Shown here: piece by piece, positions 8,393 through 17,284 of the stretch
Numbering within the stretch: the stretch's first letter is position 1
How the letters are laid out: each line of letters starts with the position of its first letter
Assembly: GCA_040905565.1 (NCBI GenBank)
Contig: JBBDRF010000055.1
Coordinates: 1 to 29,774 of the forward strand
DNA length: 29,774 nucleotides
Origin: Phycisphaeraceae bacterium
GTDB lineage: Bacteria; Planctomycetota; Phycisphaerae; Phycisphaerales; Zrk34
Direction: 5' to 3'
The notes under the pieces: generated by a model
Database searches by the model: none
Told to the model about the DNA's origin: nothing
What the model saw: the letters and a program-made list of their open reading frames with translations, nothing else
Program-made: the position numbers and the translations under genes

Positions 8393-9314
8393 GCGTGTCT
8401 CCATTGCTCGCGCCGTTGCTGACGCCGAACACGTTCTCCAGCGACTCACGCATCACGACGGGGTCCGCATCGTGTTCAGTCCAGTACTTGAAGCCGATCA
8501 CACCCTGCGCCACCAGCATCGCCAGGCCGTCGATTACTTTGCAGCCACGCGCCGCCGCGTCGCGCACCAGCCGGGTCTGTGGCGGGTTGGGGATCACGTC
8601 GGCGACCACCATCTTCGAATCGAGCGACGCGGTATCCAGCGGCAGCCTTGCGTCGACGTCGGGGTACAGCCCGACCGAAGTCGCATTCACGACCACATCC
8701 ACATCGGCGGGCACGCGGTAGTCTTCGCCGTTCATGGCAACGAATTCCGCTTCGACCGAGGTGCGTTCGCCCAGCAGCTTCGCCAACTGCTCGCCGCGTT
8801 CGACACTGCGATTCACGCACGTAATGCGAGCCGCCCCGGCCAGCGCCAGTTCCACACCGATCGCGCGAGCAGCGCCACCAGCTCCGAACATCACGATGCG
8901 TTTGCCCGCGGGGTCGATGATCTTGCGAAGCACCTCGAGGAAGCCCTTGCCGTCGGTATTCTCGCCGATGAGCTTGTCGCCACGCCTTACGACGCAGTTG
9001 ACGGCCCCCATCACTTCAGCCGATTCCCCGAGCGCGTCGATGTGATCGATGACGGCGACCTTGTGCGGGATCGTGCAGTTGAACCCGGCGAATCCCATCG
9101 CACGCGCCCCTCGCACCGCATCGCCGAGATCTTCAGCGGCGACCTCGATGGTGAGATAACGCCAGGGAAGGTTCAGCGCTTGGAAGGCCGCCTCCATCAT
9201 CACCTGCGTCGGATTCTCCGACACGGGGCTGCCGAAGACCGCAGCAAGTTCCTGCTTGAAGTTCAGCGGTGCGGGATCAGGCGATGATGTTTTTGATGAC
9301 GTGGCCGTGGACAT
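8385..9314 (-). CDS. Shikimate dehydrogenase-family oxidoreductase (atypical substrate pocket)
   Basis: NCTIPHK, GAVNCV, ENTDGKGF, GAGGAARA, VNRS, NATSVG and DGLAMLVAQG. Start ATG 9314 has GGAG upstream and overlaps the DUF1501 3' end. Its stop overlaps the kinase start. Confidence 0.85.
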   Translation of the reverse strand: MSTATSSKTSSPDPAPLNFKQELAAVFGSPVSENPTQVMMEAAFQALNLPWRYLTIEVAAEDLGDAVRGARAMGFAGFNCTIPHKVAVIDHIDALGESAEVMGAVNCVVRRGDKLIGENTDGKGFLEVLRKIIDPAGKRIVMFGAGGAARAIGVELALAGAARITCVNRSVERGEQLAKLLGERTSVEAEFVAMNGEDYRVPADVDVVVNATSVGLYPDVDARLPLDTASLDSKMVVADVIPNPPQTRLVRDAAARGCKVIDGLAMLVAQGVIGFKYWTEHDADPVVMRESLENVFGVSNGASNGDTHG

Positions 9315-10752
9315 TAGTAAGTCTCCGTTCAATGCCGTTGTGGTAATAGGTAAGACGTTCGTGGTCGATGCCTAACAGGTGCAGCATAGTCGCGTGGAAG
9401 TCGTACCAGTGCAGCGGATTTTCGGCCGCTTTCCAGCCGATTTCGTCGGTGCTGCCGTACGAGGTGCCGGGCTTGAGCCCGCCGCCGGCCATCCACAATG
9501 AGAAGCCGTACATGTTGTGATCGCGGCCCGTGCCGACCGTGTCCGCAGAAGATTGCGTGAACGGCGTGCGGCCGAACTCGGTGGTGAACAACACCAGCGT
9601 GTCGTCGAGCATCCCCCGCTGCTGAAGGTCACGCATCAGCGCCGCCACCGGCTGATCGATGCGCTTCGCTTCACGCGTATGGTTTTGGACGACGTTCTCG
9701 TGCCCGTCCCAGTTGATCCGTGGCGAGCCGAACGACCCGCCTGAGAACAGCTGCACGAATCGCACGCCCTGTTCAATCAGCCGCCGTGCAAGCAGACAAC
9801 TGCGGCCGAAGTCGCGCGTGTCCTCGCCGTTAATACCGTACATGTCGATCGTGGCGGGGGACTCTTTGGAAAGGTCCGTCACCTGCGGCACGGCCAGTTG
9901 CATGCGGGCCGCCAACTCATAGCTGTGCATGCGGGCGGTCATTTCGTCGTCGCCTGCATAGCGTGCAAGGTGCTGCTGATTCATCGTCATCAGCAGTTCA
10001 CGGCTGGCGCTCTCGGTCGCGTCGCGCATGTGCCTGGAGGGACGCAGATCGCGAATCGCTGCACCCGTCGGCTGGAACGGCACGCCCTGATGCAGCGCCG
10101 GCAGGAACCCGTTAGACCAGTTGATGGCCGCACCCGGTGGCAGGCCGCGTGCATCGGGCAGAACGACGTACGCCGGCAGCGAATCGGACTCCACGCCCAG
10201 CCCGTACGAGGCCCACGCCCCCATCGTCGGGAAGCCGTTGAGGCGGAAGCCCGTGCTCTGCTCGAACGTGGCGGGGGTGTGGTTCGCCGACTCAGCGACC
10301 ATCGATTTAAGCACCGTGATCTGATCGGCCACCGTCGCAATGTGCGGGAACAGGTCGCTGACCCACAGCCCGCTCTGGCCGCGCCGCCTGAACTTCCAGT
10401 CGCTCTCGCGCAGCAGGCCGACCTGCCCGAAGAACGTCTCCGGCTCTTCATCACCCGGAAGCGACTGGCCGTGATGCTTGGCGAGGGCGGGCTTGTAATC
10501 GAACGAGTCAAGGTGACTCAGCCCACCGATGAGGCACACGTGAATCACCCGCTTCGCCGTCGGCGTGAAGTGCGGCGACACGATCGACGATCTGCCCCCG
10601 GCCCCCGCCCCCCCGGCCCCCCCGGCAGCCTGCACCACGTCGTCCTTCATCAGCAGGCTCAGCAGGGCGGTGCTGGTGAGAGAACTCCCCATCCACGAAA
10701 GCGCATCGCGACGGGTCGGAGCGGCAGAATTCAGATGATCGTCACTCGGCAT
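9277..10752 (-). CDS. DUF1501 protein (sulfatase-like fold, Tat signal)
   Basis: TRRDAL Tat-like motif, PHFTPTAKRVI, GGLSHLDSFDYKP, ARRLIEQGVRFVQL, WDGH, EFGRTP, GRDHN and RLTNVHG. Confidence 0.92.
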   Translation of the reverse strand: MPSDDHLNSAAPTRRDALSWMGSSLTSTALLSLLMKDDVVQAAGGAGGAGAGGRSSIVSPHFTPTAKRVIHVCLIGGLSHLDSFDYKPALAKHHGQSLPGDEEPETFFGQVGLLRESDWKFRRRGQSGLWVSDLFPHIATVADQITVLKSMVAESANHTPATFEQSTGFRLNGFPTMGAWASYGLGVESDSLPAYVVLPDARGLPPGAAINWSNGFLPALHQGVPFQPTGAAIRDLRPSRHMRDATESASRELLMTMNQQHLARYAGDDEMTARMHSYELAARMQLAVPQVTDLSKESPATIDMYGINGEDTRDFGRSCLLARRLIEQGVRFVQLFSGGSFGSPRINWDGHENVVQNHTREAKRIDQPVAALMRDLQQRGMLDDTLVLFTTEFGRTPFTQSSADTVGTGRDHNMYGFSLWMAGGGLKPGTSYGSTDEIGWKAAENPLHWYDFHATMLHLLGIDHERLTYYHNGIERRLTNVHGHVIKNIIA

Positions 10753-10766
10753 GGCCTGATCTCCTG

Positions 10767-13700
10767 TCAGGGCAGGTAGAGAAATTCGTTGGCGTTGAAG
10801 GCCAGGCGGACGAACGCCGTTAGCCCGTGTTCGGTGATGAACTCAGCCACGCGACGCGTCTCCGTCGAACCCGGCTCCCGATGGAAAATCAGCTCATACA
10901 ACCGACGCGTCTGTTCGCTCGGATCGTCACCGACCTCCCGCACCACACGCTCGCTCAGTGAATCGGCGATGCGGAAGACGAACGCGTTGTTCATCAGCGA
11001 CAGCGCCTGCAGCGGCGTCGTCGTTGCGGCGCGAGCCGGCGTCGCCGTCGACGGATCAGGACAATCGAACGTGCTCAACAGCGGGTTCGGACCGCCCCGA
11101 GGCGAGAACCGATACACCGTTCGGCGATTCAGATGAACCTCCGACTCGTCCAGCGGCTCGTAGTAGTGACTGCCCTTGAAAAGGTACTGGCGCACGTCGC
11201 GGTAGCCTCGGCCGCCGATCGTCGTGTCCAGGTCGCCGCTGATGGCGAGCATCGCGTCGCGGATCGCCTCGGCCTCAAGCCGCTTCGGCGTGAAGCGCCA
11301 CAGCAGCCGGTTATCCGCATCGATCGCCGCCGCCGTCGAATTCGCGTCACTTGCCTGCCGGTAAGCCGCCGACGTCACCATCAGCCGATGCATCGGCTTA
11401 AAGCGCCAACCGAACTCCTTCATCTTCACCGCGAGATAGTCCAGCAGTTCCGGGTGCGAAGGCTGACCGCCGCTGAAGCCCAGATCGTTCGGCGTCTCCA
11501 CGATGCCCTTGCCGAAGTGATAATGCCAAAGCCGATTCGCGATGACCCTTGAAAACAGGGGATTCTGCTCGTCGGTGATCCACTTCGCCAGCTGCAGCCG
11601 CCGCTGCGCTTCCGCGGCGTCGGGCTCAAGTCCGAAGTCCGGGTTCGGCGTCTGCACCACGGTGAGGCCGCCGGGCGCCACAACCTCGCCGGGGCTTGAA
11701 ACGTCGCCACGGTTCAGCACACGCGCCACCGGATTCCCGCTACCCACCTGCGTGTAGACCTGAATCTCGCCGGCATGGTCGATCCGCTTCTGATCCGCCA
11801 GGAGCGAGTCAAGCTCCGCCACAATCACGTCACGCTGAGCGCGCTTCTCGTCGCTGAGTTGGGCGATCAACTGCTCCTGCGTGACCACGCGTTCGCCGAT
11901 CGAAGCGGCCACCTGCTCAGCCGTCAGGGCACGGTCGTAGAGCTTCGCCTCCCGCACCGCACCGGCAAGCATGCGGCCGCCGGTGGCGGGGGTGTGCCGA
12001 ACGCCGAATGTTACGAACGCGCCGTCGGCGACAAACGCCTGCGGCCCGTCCGTCTGATAGCTTTGGCCGTACGGCTTGCCGTTGCGGTAGGCGGTGATCG
12101 TCCCGTCGTCGGCATAGACAATGGCGAGGTGCACCCACTTGTCGTCGGCCTCGGTCTCGGCCGGTGCGCGGAAGCTTTCGGTCCGCGCGAAGTTGTTGCT
12201 GCCCGACATCCAGTGGCCCGGCTCCCGCTCGCCGAACACGATTGCATCGAACGTCTCGCCGTTGAGCGATTGCACCCCGATGACGCCGCCGCCGCGCTGC
12301 TCGAGATTGTCCAGGCGAACCCACGCCGCCAGGGTCTTGGCGCGAAGGTTCTGCTGCAACGGTTCCGTGCGGACGTACGCTCGATCGCCGTTGACCACCA
12401 GCTTGCCGTCTTTTAAAGCTGCATCGCCGAACGCCGTGCCGTGCATGTTGCCGGTGGCGTCCTGCAGATTGTTTTGAAAGTCCCAGCTTGCGATCGGGCT
12501 GGGGGTCGCGGCGGCCGGGTCGGTCTCGCCGTTGTTGCGTGCAGCGATCACACTTGCCCGGGCTTCCTGATCGATCGCGGCCAGCTCGGTCCGCTGCTCC
12601 TGAATCTGCGATTCAAGCAACGCCAAACGCTGCTGAAGTTGGTCGGCCGCTTCGTCTTCAACCGTCCGCGTGCCCGGCTGAACACCCGCCAGCGTCGAAG
12701 CGAAACGGTAGTAATCTTCGATGGAAATAGGATCGAACTTATGATCGTGACACCGGGCGCAGTTGACGGTCATGCCAAGGAACGTTTGCGCCACTGTACC
12801 GATGTTGCTTTCAAGCTCGTCCTGATCCATCTCCAGCTGCATCCGCTCGCTGGCCGGTCGTGTGGTGTTGTGCGCCCCTGCGACGAGGAACCCTGTGGCC
12901 GCGGCAGCGTCGACAGGATCATCGCTGATCACGTCGCCCGCCAACTGCATCCGAACGAATTCGTCGTAAGGCATGTCCTCATTGAGAACGCGGATCACCC
13001 AGTCGCGGTAGTGCCATGCGTGGTCACGCGGCTGGTTGTATTCAAAGCCGTGACTCTCACCGAACCGCACCACGTCAAGCCAGTGCCTCGCCCACCGCTC
13101 GCCGTAGTGCGGCGAATCAAGCAGCTCATCCACCAGCTTCTCATAAGCTTTGGGGTCAGGATCGGCGACAAACGCTTCGACCTCCTCAGGCGTCGGCGGA
13201 AGTCCAATCAGATCAAAATAAACACGCTGAATAAGGTCGCGCCGACTCGCTTCGGGCGAAGGCTCCAGCCCCGCCATTCGCAATTCACGAAGCACGAACT
13301 GATCAATGGCATTATGCCCCCACGTCTCGTCAGCCTCGTCAACCGCCGGCACGGTCGGCTCGACCACCGGCTGAAGCGACCACCACGATTCGTCCGCCCC
13401 CGTCCGCTCGACCAGCACCATCTCATCAGGCCAACTCGCCCCCGCATCAATCCACTGACGGATCAACTCAACCTCTTCAGCCGACAGCGGCTCCTGCCCC
13501 CGCGGCATCTCCGGGTCCTCACCATCATGCGAAACCACCGTCTCAAGCAGCCGACTCCGCCCACTGTCACCGGCGATAATCACACGCCCGTTCGCACTGC
13601 CCGCAAAGGCCTCTTCCGCCGTCGCCAGCGACAACTCGCCGCGTGGATCTTCACTGTGATGACAACGCAGACAGTTGCGCTCGAAGATCGACGCCACGTC

Positions 13701-13796
13701 CTGCGTGAATAGCGCGGCCGCCTCATCGGCATGCGCGCTGCTGCACATCAGCACCAGCAGGCACGCCAACGTTGAACCGAGCAACCGAATCCTCAT
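10767..13796 (-). CDS. Planctomycete cytochrome c + DUF1549 + LamG/ConA-like + DUF1553 (PSD1) protein
   Basis: Start ATG 13796 with GGGAGG RBS, then a signal peptide. Heme motifs CLRCH and CARCH(DHKFDPI). YGERWARHWLD, NRLWHYHFGKGIV...PSHPELLD and FDCPD...TTTPLQAL. LamG-like insert from IASWDF through WVHLAIVY to LYDRALT. Confidence 0.92.
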   Translation of the reverse strand: MRIRLLGSTLACLLVLMCSSAHADEAAALFTQDVASIFERNCLRCHHSEDPRGELSLATAEEAFAGSANGRVIIAGDSGRSRLLETVVSHDGEDPEMPRGQEPLSAEEVELIRQWIDAGASWPDEMVLVERTGADESWWSLQPVVEPTVPAVDEADETWGHNAIDQFVLRELRMAGLEPSPEASRRDLIQRVYFDLIGLPPTPEEVEAFVADPDPKAYEKLVDELLDSPHYGERWARHWLDVVRFGESHGFEYNQPRDHAWHYRDWVIRVLNEDMPYDEFVRMQLAGDVISDDPVDAAAATGFLVAGAHNTTRPASERMQLEMDQDELESNIGTVAQTFLGMTVNCARCHDHKFDPISIEDYYRFASTLAGVQPGTRTVEDEAADQLQQRLALLESQIQEQRTELAAIDQEARASVIAARNNGETDPAAATPSPIASWDFQNNLQDATGNMHGTAFGDAALKDGKLVVNGDRAYVRTEPLQQNLRAKTLAAWVRLDNLEQRGGGVIGVQSLNGETFDAIVFGEREPGHWMSGSNNFARTESFRAPAETEADDKWVHLAIVYADDGTITAYRNGKPYGQSYQTDGPQAFVADGAFVTFGVRHTPATGGRMLAGAVREAKLYDRALTAEQVAASIGERVVTQEQLIAQLSDEKRAQRDVIVAELDSLLADQKRIDHAGEIQVYTQVGSGNPVARVLNRGDVSSPGEVVAPGGLTVVQTPNPDFGLEPDAAEAQRRLQLAKWITDEQNPLFSRVIANRLWHYHFGKGIVETPNDLGFSGGQPSHPELLDYLAVKMKEFGWRFKPMHRLMVTSAAYRQASDANSTAAAIDADNRLLWRFTPKRLEAEAIRDAMLAISGDLDTTIGGRGYRDVRQYLFKGSHYYEPLDESEVHLNRRTVYRFSPRGGPNPLLSTFDCPDPSTATPARAATTTPLQALSLMNNAFVFRIADSLSERVVREVGDDPSEQTRRLYELIFHREPGSTETRRVAEFITEHGLTAFVRLAFNANEFLYLP

Positions 13797-14086
13797 CGCT
13801 TTCCTCCCGGCCCTGAAGAGGCCTTGCATCTGTCTCGCTTGCGATGATTGATCGTACATCATGCATGGACCACGAACGATGGCCGTAACAGATTCAACAG
13901 TAAGCTTCTTGAGCCGCGGCGGCAATGGCGGTATACGTCAAGTGGTTGATGTTATCCGTCGTTCCCGAGAAAGATGTTTGCGTCGATGTCAAACGCGTTA
14001 TCATGGCATTTATGGCCGTGTGAGCACGTGTCGGGGGCATGACCGCCGCCTGCGGGTTGTGAATATTCGGCAGCCGGAAAAAGCCT

Positions 14087-15328
14087 ATGAAAAGTAAACG
14101 CGTCACAAGACAGGTCCGCGTCGCCTTGCTGGTTGAGCCCTCACGCGCTTATGGACGAGGGTTATTACGTGGCATCTCCTCCTATGTGCGCGATCACGGG
14201 CGCTGGTCGCTATATCATCAGGAACGCGGGATGAGCGACGACGCTCCCAGTTGGCTAGAGAAATGGAAGGGTGACGGCGTCATTGCGCGAATCGAAAGCC
14301 CGCAGTTGCTAGACGCGCTGAGAAAATTGCAACTGCCCACCATCGATCTGCGAGGCATGCACGACATCCCCAGCGTGCCACTCATCGAAACCGACGACCG
14401 CGTCGTCACGCACCTCGCCGTCGACCACCTCCGCGAGCGAGGCTTCGAGCACTATGCTTTCTGTGGCTATACCGGCGCGAACTTCTCAAGACGCCGACTC
14501 CACTACTTCGAGCAGATCATGCGCGACCTCGGCTACGACTGGTCCGTCTTCGAAGGTCCGGGCGGCGGCGACCTCACCGCCACCACCGCCGTCGAAACCC
14601 ACGGCCTGCTCAGCGAGCGCCAACTCGAACGCTGGCTCACATCGCTGCCCAAGCCCGTCGCCATGATGGCCTGCAATGACGTGCGTGGTCAGCAGGTGAT
14701 CACCGCCTGTCGCGACATCGGGATCGCTGTCCCCGAAGAAATCAGCGTCATCGGCGTCGATAACGACTACCTCGTCTGCGAGCTTTGCGACCCGCCGCTC
14801 TCAAGCGTCGAGCCGAACACCGAGCACATCGGCTACGCCGCCGCGGCCCTCCTCGATCGCATGGTGGCCGGCGAACCGCCCCCTCAGCGCAAGATGTTCG
14901 TCCCCCCCCTCGGCGTTACCCCCCGCGCCTCCACCGCCGTCTGGGCGATCAAGGACCCGCACATCGCCGCTGCCATGCGATTCATGCGCGAACGCGCCTG
15001 TGATAATATCACCGTGGAAGATGTCCTCGAACATGTCCCCGTCTCACGCTCCACCCTCGAGCGAGGTTTCGTCGATCTCGTCGGCAAAACGCCGAAAGCT
15101 TTCATTCGCCATATTCAGATCGAGCGCGTGAAGCAGCTGCTCCGCGAGACGGATTTTCCGATCCAGAAGGTCGCTTCGATTGTCGGGTTTCAGCACGTCG
15201 AAACGCTGTGCACCGTCTTCCGCCGTCACACCGGCCAGACGCCCGGCCACTATCGCACACACAATAAAGACATCACCACCCACGCCCCACGCCGCCGCAA
15301 CGCATCCGCCACCAACCTCGCCCTCTAA
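14087..15328 (+). CDS. XylR-family transcriptional regulator (LacI-type sugar-binding domain + AraC HTH)
   Basis: VALLVEPSRAYGRGLLRGI, DGVIAR, LPKPVAMMACND, VPEEISVIGVDND, LSSV, and C-terminal SRSTLERGF...VASIVGF...FRRHTGQTPGHYR. Confidence 0.9.
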   Translation: MKSKRVTRQVRVALLVEPSRAYGRGLLRGISSYVRDHGRWSLYHQERGMSDDAPSWLEKWKGDGVIARIESPQLLDALRKLQLPTIDLRGMHDIPSVPLIETDDRVVTHLAVDHLRERGFEHYAFCGYTGANFSRRRLHYFEQIMRDLGYDWSVFEGPGGGDLTATTAVETHGLLSERQLERWLTSLPKPVAMMACNDVRGQQVITACRDIGIAVPEEISVIGVDNDYLVCELCDPPLSSVEPNTEHIGYAAAALLDRMVAGEPPPQRKMFVPPLGVTPRASTAVWAIKDPHIAAAMRFMRERACDNITVEDVLEHVPVSRSTLERGFVDLVGKTPKAFIRHIQIERVKQLLRETDFPIQKVASIVGFQHVETLCTVFRRHTGQTPGHYRTHNKDITTHAPRRRNASATNLAL

Positions 15329-15347
15329 AACCAAACCGCCCCACATA

Positions 15348-15387
15348 GCGGGTGCCCCGGCCAGTGAGCAAAGCGAGACGGCCGGGC
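15348..15387 (+). repeat. REP-like repeat family B, copy 1
   Basis: GCGGGTGCCCCGGCCAGTGAGCAAAGCGAGACGGCCGGGC with stem CCCGGCC/GGCCGGG. 38/40 identical to 17229-17268. Confidence 0.85.
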
Positions 15388-15406
15388 TTTTCGACGCTGA
15401 CCCGTA

Positions 15407-16423
15407 TCACGGTTCCTGAATAAACAGAATCAGCATGATCAGAATCAGCAGGATCGTGCACCACGTTCCCAGCGCCACGCGCGCCCCGCGCCGGGCACGC
15501 TCCGCCTCCCACCATGTTCGCGGACTGATCTGCTGAACCAGAAACGTGGCAATGCCTGCAAGGTTCACACAAATCACATTCGTCGCCAGCAACAGCCCCG
15601 CACCGCCTGCCTCAGGCCAGTAGCCCCCGCCCACCATCAGCCCCAACGCGATCGTCGGCGGCAGCAGCGCCACCGCCACCATCACCCCCACCAGCGCCGC
15701 CGAAACACCCGTCGTCAGCGCCAATGCCCCCGCCGCCCCCGAGGCCAGCGCCAGCACCACATCACTCAGCGCCACCTGCGTGCGGTTCGCGATCTCCGTA
15801 CCTGCCGGGTCGACCGTCATGAAGAGCCCGACCGAAGCTGCCAGCCCGAGCGCGATCACGATGCCCGCCAGGTTCGTCCGCAGCGCACGCTGAAGCATCT
15901 GCGTATCACCGATCGTCGTCGCAAACGCCAGTGCCACGTTCGGGCCCAGCAGTGGGGCGATGACCATCGCGCCGATAATGGCCGCCACGTTGTCACGAAG
16001 CATCCCAATGGCTGCCACGATGCTCGAGAGGATCACCGCTGCGACGAACACGGACGAAAACTCCGTCATGTCCGACATCTCATGATGAAGCTCTTCCCGG
16101 CTCAGCCTCGCCCTCGGCTTCGGCTTGTCCGCTCCGTCGTCCTCGTCGGTCTTCTCGCCGTTCTCCGAACCCTCTTCACGCAACGGCAGCGCAGCGGCCA
16201 CCGGCAGAATCAGCAACTGAAACTGCTTGTCATGATGAAACCGATTCTGAAAACGATCGACGATCGCCCCCGTCTCCGAAGCATCCACCACGAAGCGCAC
16301 AAGAATCTGCCCGCCGTCTAGCGTCTCTTGCCAAACCCCGCCGTCCGGCTCACGCTGCAGCATCTGCCGCACCTCAGCCGCCCGGTCATCCGGAAGCATG
16401 ATTTCAATAAGCCGTAACGCCAT
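15407..16423 (-). CDS. TIGR00341/DUF389 family membrane protein
   Basis: Start MALRLIEI (ATG 16423). Motifs LSREEL, AIIGAMVIAPLLGP, LALASGAAGA, LVGVMVAVALLPP and LLLATNVICVNLAG. Confidence 0.88.
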   Translation of the reverse strand: MALRLIEIMLPDDRAAEVRQMLQREPDGGVWQETLDGGQILVRFVVDASETGAIVDRFQNRFHHDKQFQLLILPVAAALPLREEGSENGEKTDEDDGADKPKPRARLSREELHHEMSDMTEFSSVFVAAVILSSIVAAIGMLRDNVAAIIGAMVIAPLLGPNVALAFATTIGDTQMLQRALRTNLAGIVIALGLAASVGLFMTVDPAGTEIANRTQVALSDVVLALASGAAGALALTTGVSAALVGVMVAVALLPPTIALGLMVGGGYWPEAGGAGLLLATNVICVNLAGIATFLVQQISPRTWWEAERARRGARVALGTWCTILLILIMLILFIQEP

Positions 16424-16475
16424 CGCAGCGTTGTACCGACGCCAACCACCCACCGCAACCACCCACCACACGTTC

Positions 16476-16514
16476 AATACGAGCCGCGACCGTCAGGGAG
16501 CGGTTGTGCGTTCG
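16476..16514 (+). repeat. REP-like repeat family A, copy 3
   Basis: AATACGAGCCGCGACCGTCAGGGAGCGGTTGTGCGTTCG matches both copies at 3.8-4.0 kb. Confidence 0.85.
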
Positions 16515-16539
16515 AAACTGGCGCGCGTGCTAACCTCGC

Positions 16540-17193
16540 CTACACCGCCTGGGCCTGCGCCTTGTTCCAGTCACTGAGGAACTGCGCCAACCCGCTATCG
16601 GTCAGCGGATGCTTCAGGCACGCCTCGATCAACTTCGGAGGCACCGTCGCCACGTCCGCACCGGCCAGCGCGCAGTCCAGCATGTGCCGAGGCCCACGGA
16701 TCGAAGCCGCCAGAACCTTCGTCGTGTACCCGTAGTTGTTGTAGATCTTCCGGATCTGCTGAATCAGCTCCGGTCCGTTTCCGCCGATGTCGTCGATCCG
16801 CCCCAGGAACGGGCTCACCAGAAACGCCCCCGCCTTGGCCACCAGCATTGCCTGCATCGGCTGAAAACAGAGCGTCATGTTCACCCGCACGCCCTTGTCG
16901 CTCAGCGCCTTGCACGCCTTGAGTCCGTCCAGCGTCGTCGGCAACTTGATCACAATGTTATTCGCGATCTTCACCAGTTCCGCCGCTTCGCTCAGCATCC
17001 CCTCCGTCTCCGTGCTCACCACTTCTGCACTCACCGGCCCGCTGATCACTTCACAAATCTCACGCAGCCGCGTGTGAAAATCCACCCCCTCCTTCGCCAC
17101 CAGGCTCGGGTTCGTCGTCACCCCGTCAATTATCCCCAGCTCAGCAGCCTGACGGATCTCTTTGATGTTCGCAGTATCAACGTACAGTTCCAT
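16540..17193 (-). CDS. tal: Transaldolase (short FSA/TalC family, 217 aa)
   Basis: MELYVDTA, GVTTNPSL, GPVSAEV, Schiff-base IVIKLP, VNMTLCF, VSPFLGR and LAASIR. Glu in SAEV and Phe in SPF favour transaldolase over fructose-6-P aldolase. RBS AGGGAG. Confidence 0.88.
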   Translation of the reverse strand: MELYVDTANIKEIRQAAELGIIDGVTTNPSLVAKEGVDFHTRLREICEVISGPVSAEVVSTETEGMLSEAAELVKIANNIVIKLPTTLDGLKACKALSDKGVRVNMTLCFQPMQAMLVAKAGAFLVSPFLGRIDDIGGNGPELIQQIRKIYNNYGYTTKVLAASIRGPRHMLDCALAGADVATVPPKLIEACLKHPLTDSGLAQFLSDWNKAQAQAV

Positions 17194-17228
17194 ACCAGGC
17201 TCCCTATTGAAAAAAACGAGATAAACGC

Positions 17229-17268
17229 GCGGGTGCCCCGGCCAGCGAGCGAAGCGAGACGGCCGGGC
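17229..17268 (+). repeat. REP-like repeat family B, copy 2
   Basis: GCGGGTGCCCCGGCCAGCGAGCGAAGCGAGACGGCCGGGC between the kinase and transaldolase genes. Confidence 0.85.
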
Positions 17269-17284
17269 CGCCAAAGCGCCAACA

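Noticed and set aside
13797..14086. Possible XylR operator (GATGTT..CGTCG direct repeat; GTTTG..CAAAC inverted repeat; TTGACA on the minus strand)
   Set aside because: Matches are short and imperfect, and there is no properly spaced -10 box for the TTGACA. Not supportable without comparative data.
3845..16514. 33-40 bp repeats as a CRISPR array
   Set aside because: The copies are dispersed or inverted, not tandem with spacers, and there are no cas genes.
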